Shown: positions 45,303-49,002 of the stretch, in pieces
Layout of the letters: the number at the start of each line of letters is the position of its first letter
How positions within the stretch are numbered: position 1 is the first letter of the stretch
NCBI GenBank assembly: GCA_047614005.1
Contig: JBLHIK010000002.1
Coordinates: 1-49,002 of the forward strand
DNA length: 49,002 nucleotides
Source: Flavobacteriaceae bacterium
GTDB taxonomy: Bacteria; Patescibacteriota; Minisyncoccia; Phycocordibacterales; UBA1006
Reading direction: 5' to 3'
Notes under the pieces: generated by a model
Told to the model about the DNA's origin: nothing
The model's input: the letters and a program-made list of their open reading frames with translations, nothing else
Database searches by the model: none
Program-made: the position numbers and the translations under genes

Positions 45303-46046
45303 ATGAATTACGTTATTTTTACTGATGGTGCATCGAGGGGGAATCCAGGACCAGGGGGATTTGGATCTCTCGTCGTGTCTCCTCATTTTGTGTATGAGCT
45401 TGGAGGAAGAGAAGACATGACTACCAATAACCGCATGGAACTCTCTGCTGTTTTATATGCCCTGAAATCTCTCGATCCAACAGAAGCTGAAAAAGTGATG
45501 ATCTATAGTGACTCGACATATGTGATCAAGGGTATGACCTCGTGGATTGAAAACTGGTATCGTAACAACTGGCAAACAAAAGCAAAAACAGATGTATCTA
45601 ATCGTGACCTTTGGGAAAAGCTCTATGACGTTGCAAAAGAATTTAATATTTCATGGCAACACATCGAGGCTCACGCTGGAATAGCAGGAAATGAAAGAGC
45701 AGATACGATAGCAACAGCATTTGCAGACTTACTCGATTTTGAACTTTACAAAGGATCGTTTTCAGAATATATGGCAGGTACGACACTGGCTCAGCTACTT
45801 TCCAAAGATCCTTCACTTGCTTCTTCTCGTTCTTCGAAAAAGAGCTCATCTTCTAAAAAAGCCTACTCATATATATCTCTTGTGGGTGGAGTGTTGGTGC
45901 GTGACACTATTTGGGATGAATGCAAAGCTCGCGTCTCTGGAAAGAAAGCACTCTTTCGAAAAGCGACGAGCAAAGAGCATGAAAAAGAAATAGCGCAAGA
46001 ATGGAAGGCAGACTACTCGTCTCTTGTTAATAGTTCTGATCTATAG
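45303..46046 (+). CDS. rnhA: ribonuclease HI with a C-terminal hybrid-binding (Cauli_VI-like) domain
   Basis: TDGASRGNPGPGGFG, TNNRMELSA, DSTYV and HAGIAGNERAD. After an S-rich linker comes KAYSYISLVGG...WDECKARVSGKKALFRKATSKEHEKE. Confidence 0.85.
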   Translation: MNYVIFTDGASRGNPGPGGFGSLVVSPHFVYELGGREDMTTNNRMELSAVLYALKSLDPTEAEKVMIYSDSTYVIKGMTSWIENWYRNNWQTKAKTDVSNRDLWEKLYDVAKEFNISWQHIEAHAGIAGNERADTIATAFADLLDFELYKGSFSEYMAGTTLAQLLSKDPSLASSRSSKKSSSSKKAYSYISLVGGVLVRDTIWDECKARVSGKKALFRKATSKEHEKEIAQEWKADYSSLVNSSDL

Positions 46047-46049
46047 GAT

Positions 46050-47564
46050 ATGAGGCTGGAGTATCTTCTCACTTGTTCTTTATGTGCGTGTGGTGGAGTT
46101 CTCTTGGGAATGCAGAAAGTATCTTTAGGTTCTCAAATTTCTTTTATTGTAAGTATTTCTCTTTTTCTTGTTTCGTTTTTTATTCTTCTTATAAGAATAC
46201 ACCATCTCAAGAAATCTTGTATTGGGGCTGGTGTATCACTTCTTCTTTTTATATTTTTCTTTCTGCGAACACTTTCAGTGCAAGAAATGACTCCTGATAT
46301 TATTCTTGTTGAACATATTGGAAGCACTGTTGATATAAAAGGAGAGGTTGTCTCAGAAGTGAGTAATAGAAACAATTCCACACAAGCAACAGTAGAAGTA
46401 CATGCTCTTCTGAGAGATAATATATGGAATACACTAGATCAAAATACTCGTGTACTTATACGAAGTCCGCTCTATGGTACATACGAATACGGTGATATAG
46501 TGCATGTTCGTGGAAAAATGAAAATACCTGAGGATTTTGAGACAGACTATTCTCGCACATTTGAATACAGGAACTATCTACGCAAGGATGATATTTTCTA
46601 TACAATGTCTTTTGTTCAGTTGAAAATTTTGGAGAAAAAACACACGACTGGTTTATACAAAAATCTCCTTCAATTTAAAAACTCTTTCCTCTCTTCTCTG
46701 AATAAAAATATTCCACATCCAGAAAGCGCTCTTGCTGGAGGTATATTGCTCGGAGTAAAACAGTCACTTGGAAAGAATATTGAAAAAGTTTTTGTCGATA
46801 CGGGACTCATTCATATTGTAGTCTTGTCTGGTTTCAATGTAGTTATTATTGTAAAGTTCTTTGAATATATTTTAGGATTTTTCTTGTCGAGGAAATATAT
46901 ATTTTGGCCGACAGTGATTGCTATTATACTTTTTGTTTTACTGGTGGGCGCTCAACCTCCTGTGCTTCGAGCGAGTATTATGGGTATTATAGGGCTACTT
47001 GCATTTCAAAAGGGAAGTAGATACGACATTGTGCGAGCCTTGATATTTGCAGGATTGATTATGGTGGCTATTAATCCGCGAATACTTCTGTGGGATGTTT
47101 CATTTCAGCTGTCTTTTCTTGCAACTCTTGGACTGATATTTCTCTCTCCTGTGGTAGAGAGATGGTTTCGCTGGATTGCATCAAAGAAACTTTTGCCTCT
47201 CAAAGAAGCTCTGGTTGCGACAGTGTGCGCGCAGATTGCGGTATTGCCTTTCTTGCTCTGGAAGATAGGGTTGCTCTCTACTATTGCTCCATTGGCAAAC
47301 GCTCTAGTCATTCCTTTTATAGCACCTGCTATGGCAGCTTCTTTTGTGGTAGGTCTTGTGGGAATGTTTTCAGGAATACTTGCGAGTATTGTCGCAGTGC
47401 CCACGACATTACTGCTTTCAGGTGTAGTGAATCTTGCTTCTCTCTTGGCCTCACTTCCTTTTGCTACATTTGAGATTGTTCAGTTTCCTTTATGGTTTAT
47501 GTTTCTTTGCTACGCTGGAATAATCACATGGATGTATCTATGGAATACAAAAAACCCTACGTAA
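46050..47564 (+). CDS. comEC: ComEC/Rec2 DNA internalisation channel protein (no metallo-beta-lactamase domain)
   Basis: N-terminal OB-like domain (DUF4131-type) followed by the polytopic competence domain. It ends at 504 aa. Confidence 0.8.
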   Translation: MRLEYLLTCSLCACGGVLLGMQKVSLGSQISFIVSISLFLVSFFILLIRIHHLKKSCIGAGVSLLLFIFFFLRTLSVQEMTPDIILVEHIGSTVDIKGEVVSEVSNRNNSTQATVEVHALLRDNIWNTLDQNTRVLIRSPLYGTYEYGDIVHVRGKMKIPEDFETDYSRTFEYRNYLRKDDIFYTMSFVQLKILEKKHTTGLYKNLLQFKNSFLSSLNKNIPHPESALAGGILLGVKQSLGKNIEKVFVDTGLIHIVVLSGFNVVIIVKFFEYILGFFLSRKYIFWPTVIAIILFVLLVGAQPPVLRASIMGIIGLLAFQKGSRYDIVRALIFAGLIMVAINPRILLWDVSFQLSFLATLGLIFLSPVVERWFRWIASKKLLPLKEALVATVCAQIAVLPFLLWKIGLLSTIAPLANALVIPFIAPAMAASFVVGLVGMFSGILASIVAVPTTLLLSGVVNLASLLASLPFATFEIVQFPLWFMFLCYAGIITWMYLWNTKNPT

Positions 47565-47602
47565 CAGATAGTGTATGCAGGGTTTTGAAATAGAATAAAA
47601 AA

Positions 47603-48121
47603 TTAGACTAAAGATTCTTTTTGCTTGAATGCTCTAATACATTCTTGAGAATAATCTTCGAGAGCAGTAAGGTAGACTTTTCCTCCACTACCAGTTCGCT
47701 TTATGAAAACTTGTTCTTTCAAGTCTTCATATTTGTTTAAAGTGCTAAGTACTTCTGGTGAACTTTTTAGGTACAAAGTACCTAAAAAGTTATCATAATC
47801 TTTGCCTTTTTCATTTTTGCATAAATCTGCAACAAAACTTTTATTAGAAAAATCAACGCACCGGCAGCCTTTTAATCTGACTCCGTCTGAAATATTACTA
47901 AGATCATCAGGCAAGCCTAGATATTTTATTTTTAATAACGTGGTATAATCTTTAATCAAAACAATGAAGAAAAATATAAATCCAATTACTGATATAATAC
48001 AAACTATCTCATCTATTTTATTGTTGCATGGATACCCTTTTGCAAAACACAAGGTAAGTGCTACTAGGATTATGACTAAAATCACTATCTTTCTTAGCAT
48101 TTCATTTCTTTTATTCTTCAT
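47603..48121 (-). CDS. membrane-anchored hypothetical protein
   Basis: Two N-terminal TM segments and a soluble Cys-containing C-terminal domain. Confidence 0.5.
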   Translation of the reverse strand: MKNKRNEMLRKIVILVIILVALTLCFAKGYPCNNKIDEIVCIISVIGFIFFFIVLIKDYTTLLKIKYLGLPDDLSNISDGVRLKGCRCVDFSNKSFVADLCKNEKGKDYDNFLGTLYLKSSPEVLSTLNKYEDLKEQVFIKRTGSGGKVYLTALEDYSQECIRAFKQKESLV

Positions 48122-48236
48122 AACATATAATTTATGGGGTTATAAAAAGTCTCTCCAGAAATAGAAAAACCTTGTAAAACCCTATAAATATTTTTCAATG
48201 AAATTTGTACTTATCTTACCATATATTCAAAATAAA

Positions 48237-48269
48237 ACAAGTGAGAGAGGTCGAACCCCGCTCACTTGT
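48237..48269 (-). terminator. terminator hairpin downstream of sod
   Basis: Stem ACAAGTGAG...CTCACTTGT (9 bp), T-rich on the minus strand after the stem. The loop carries GAGGTCGAACC. Confidence 0.65.
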
Positions 48270-48298
48270 CTTTTCTTTGTTAATTTCCTGCGTTCGTA

Positions 48299-48877
48299 TT
48301 ATTGTTGTGCTGTTTTTTCAAATTCTTCATTGATATGTTCCCAGTTTACTTGAGAGAGATAGTCGTCGATATAATCTCCCTTGCCGCTTGGCTGATAGTC
48401 AGCGACAAAAGCATGTTCCCACATATCGATACCCACGACATACTGAGTAGAGTTGAGGTGTCCTAGATGCTGTTCGTCTATCCATGTGAGGAGGAGAGCG
48501 TCAGCGTCTTTATCATAGGCGAGCACTGCCCATCCGACACCACGCGTCTTTGCGAGCTGAGTAAATACAGATATAAAATTCTCAAAAGAGTTCCACTTCT
48601 CTTCTATTTTATTGCGGAGAATACCTTCTGGTATTTCTGTTGTTCCTCCGACGAGTGACTGAAAGTAGTATTCATGGTTTTTCATTCCGTTGTATTCGAA
48701 AGAAAAACGACGACCAAGCTCTGCTTTGATATAGTCAGAAAGAGATTCATTTTCGAGCTCTGCGAGAATCATGTTGGTGTTTTTTACATATCCTGCATAC
48801 AGTCCTAAGTGTTCTTTTATAGTTTTTTGTGATATTCCTCTGAGGTCTGGGATTTCAAATGTTTTTTCTGTGTACAT
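48299..48877 (-). CDS. sodA: Fe/Mn superoxide dismutase
   Basis: Metal-ligand motif DMWEHAF near the C-terminus, with an HxxxH-type N-terminal region. Confidence 0.9.
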   Translation of the reverse strand: MYTEKTFEIPDLRGISQKTIKEHLGLYAGYVKNTNMILAELENESLSDYIKAELGRRFSFEYNGMKNHEYYFQSLVGGTTEIPEGILRNKIEEKWNSFENFISVFTQLAKTRGVGWAVLAYDKDADALLLTWIDEQHLGHLNSTQYVVGIDMWEHAFVADYQPSGKGDYIDDYLSQVNWEHINEEFEKTAQQ

Positions 48878-48931
48878 AAATAATATATTTAATGATAATG
48901 CATAGATTATAACATATGCTATTATCTTTAT

Positions 48932-49002
48932 ATGAAAAAGAAAAGAATCATAACTATCGCAGGAAAAGCAGGTAGTGGTAAATCCTCAACAGCAAAACAA
49001 AT
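48932..49002 (+). CDS. 5' end of a P-loop NTPase/kinase gene (cytidylate-kinase-like), truncated by the window edge
   Basis: MKKKRIITIAGKAGSGKSSTAKQ contains a Walker A motif. Confidence 0.5.
   Translation, partial: MKKKRIITIAGKAGSGKSSTAKQ

Noticed and set aside
1-49002. Alternative genetic code (UGA recoded as in Gracilibacteria/Absconditabacteria)
   Set aside because: All recognisable housekeeping proteins are full-length in standard-code ORFs, and the stop codons I checked by hand are TAA. Recoding need not be invoked.

Overview
This is a gene-dense, low-GC chromosomal segment read in the standard genetic code, since long ORFs are intact and no UGA recoding is needed. The gene architectures suggest a reduced Patescibacteria/CPR-like genome, but that is inference only. 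Supporting features are a trigger factor without a PPIase domain, a short Pgk, a ComEC without a metallo-beta-lactamase domain, many small secreted or membrane hypotheticals, and a type IV pilus locus. Most of the window is housekeeping: rsmA, uvrD/pcrA, a LysM-M23 peptidase, comM, clpP, tig, xerC/D, rpsO, rny, hup, four tRNAs, cca, xth, ppa, nusA, tpiA, pgk, recJ, rnhA, comEC and sod. Four regions stand out. (1) At 19.2-25.3 kb, a tRNA-bracketed segment holds a RAYT-type (IS200-like Y1) transposase gene. It is surrounded by a locally amplified 34-bp repeat with a palindromic core. That repeat also supplies stop codons to two genes, and its core recurs in frame inside two CDSs. (2) At 4.6-6.9 kb, a 2.2-kb AT-rich three-gene islet sits inside a terminator and is flanked by 59-bp identical direct repeats. 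(3) At 27.4-41.1 kb, a 13.6-kb same-strand block starts with an operon of secreted Cys-motif paralogues and a repeat-rich adhesin-like protein. A protein with a T9SS-type C-terminal domain follows, then pilB-pilC and four (pseudo)pilins. (4) Smaller oddities include a long hairpin after tRNA-Gly, a decayed tandem duplication of a gene's 3' end, shared 24-mers in two AT-rich spacers, and a GC-rich hairpin family. No CRISPR array, rRNA or prophage was seen. All calls come from reading the translations and the DNA by eye; nothing was searched against a database.
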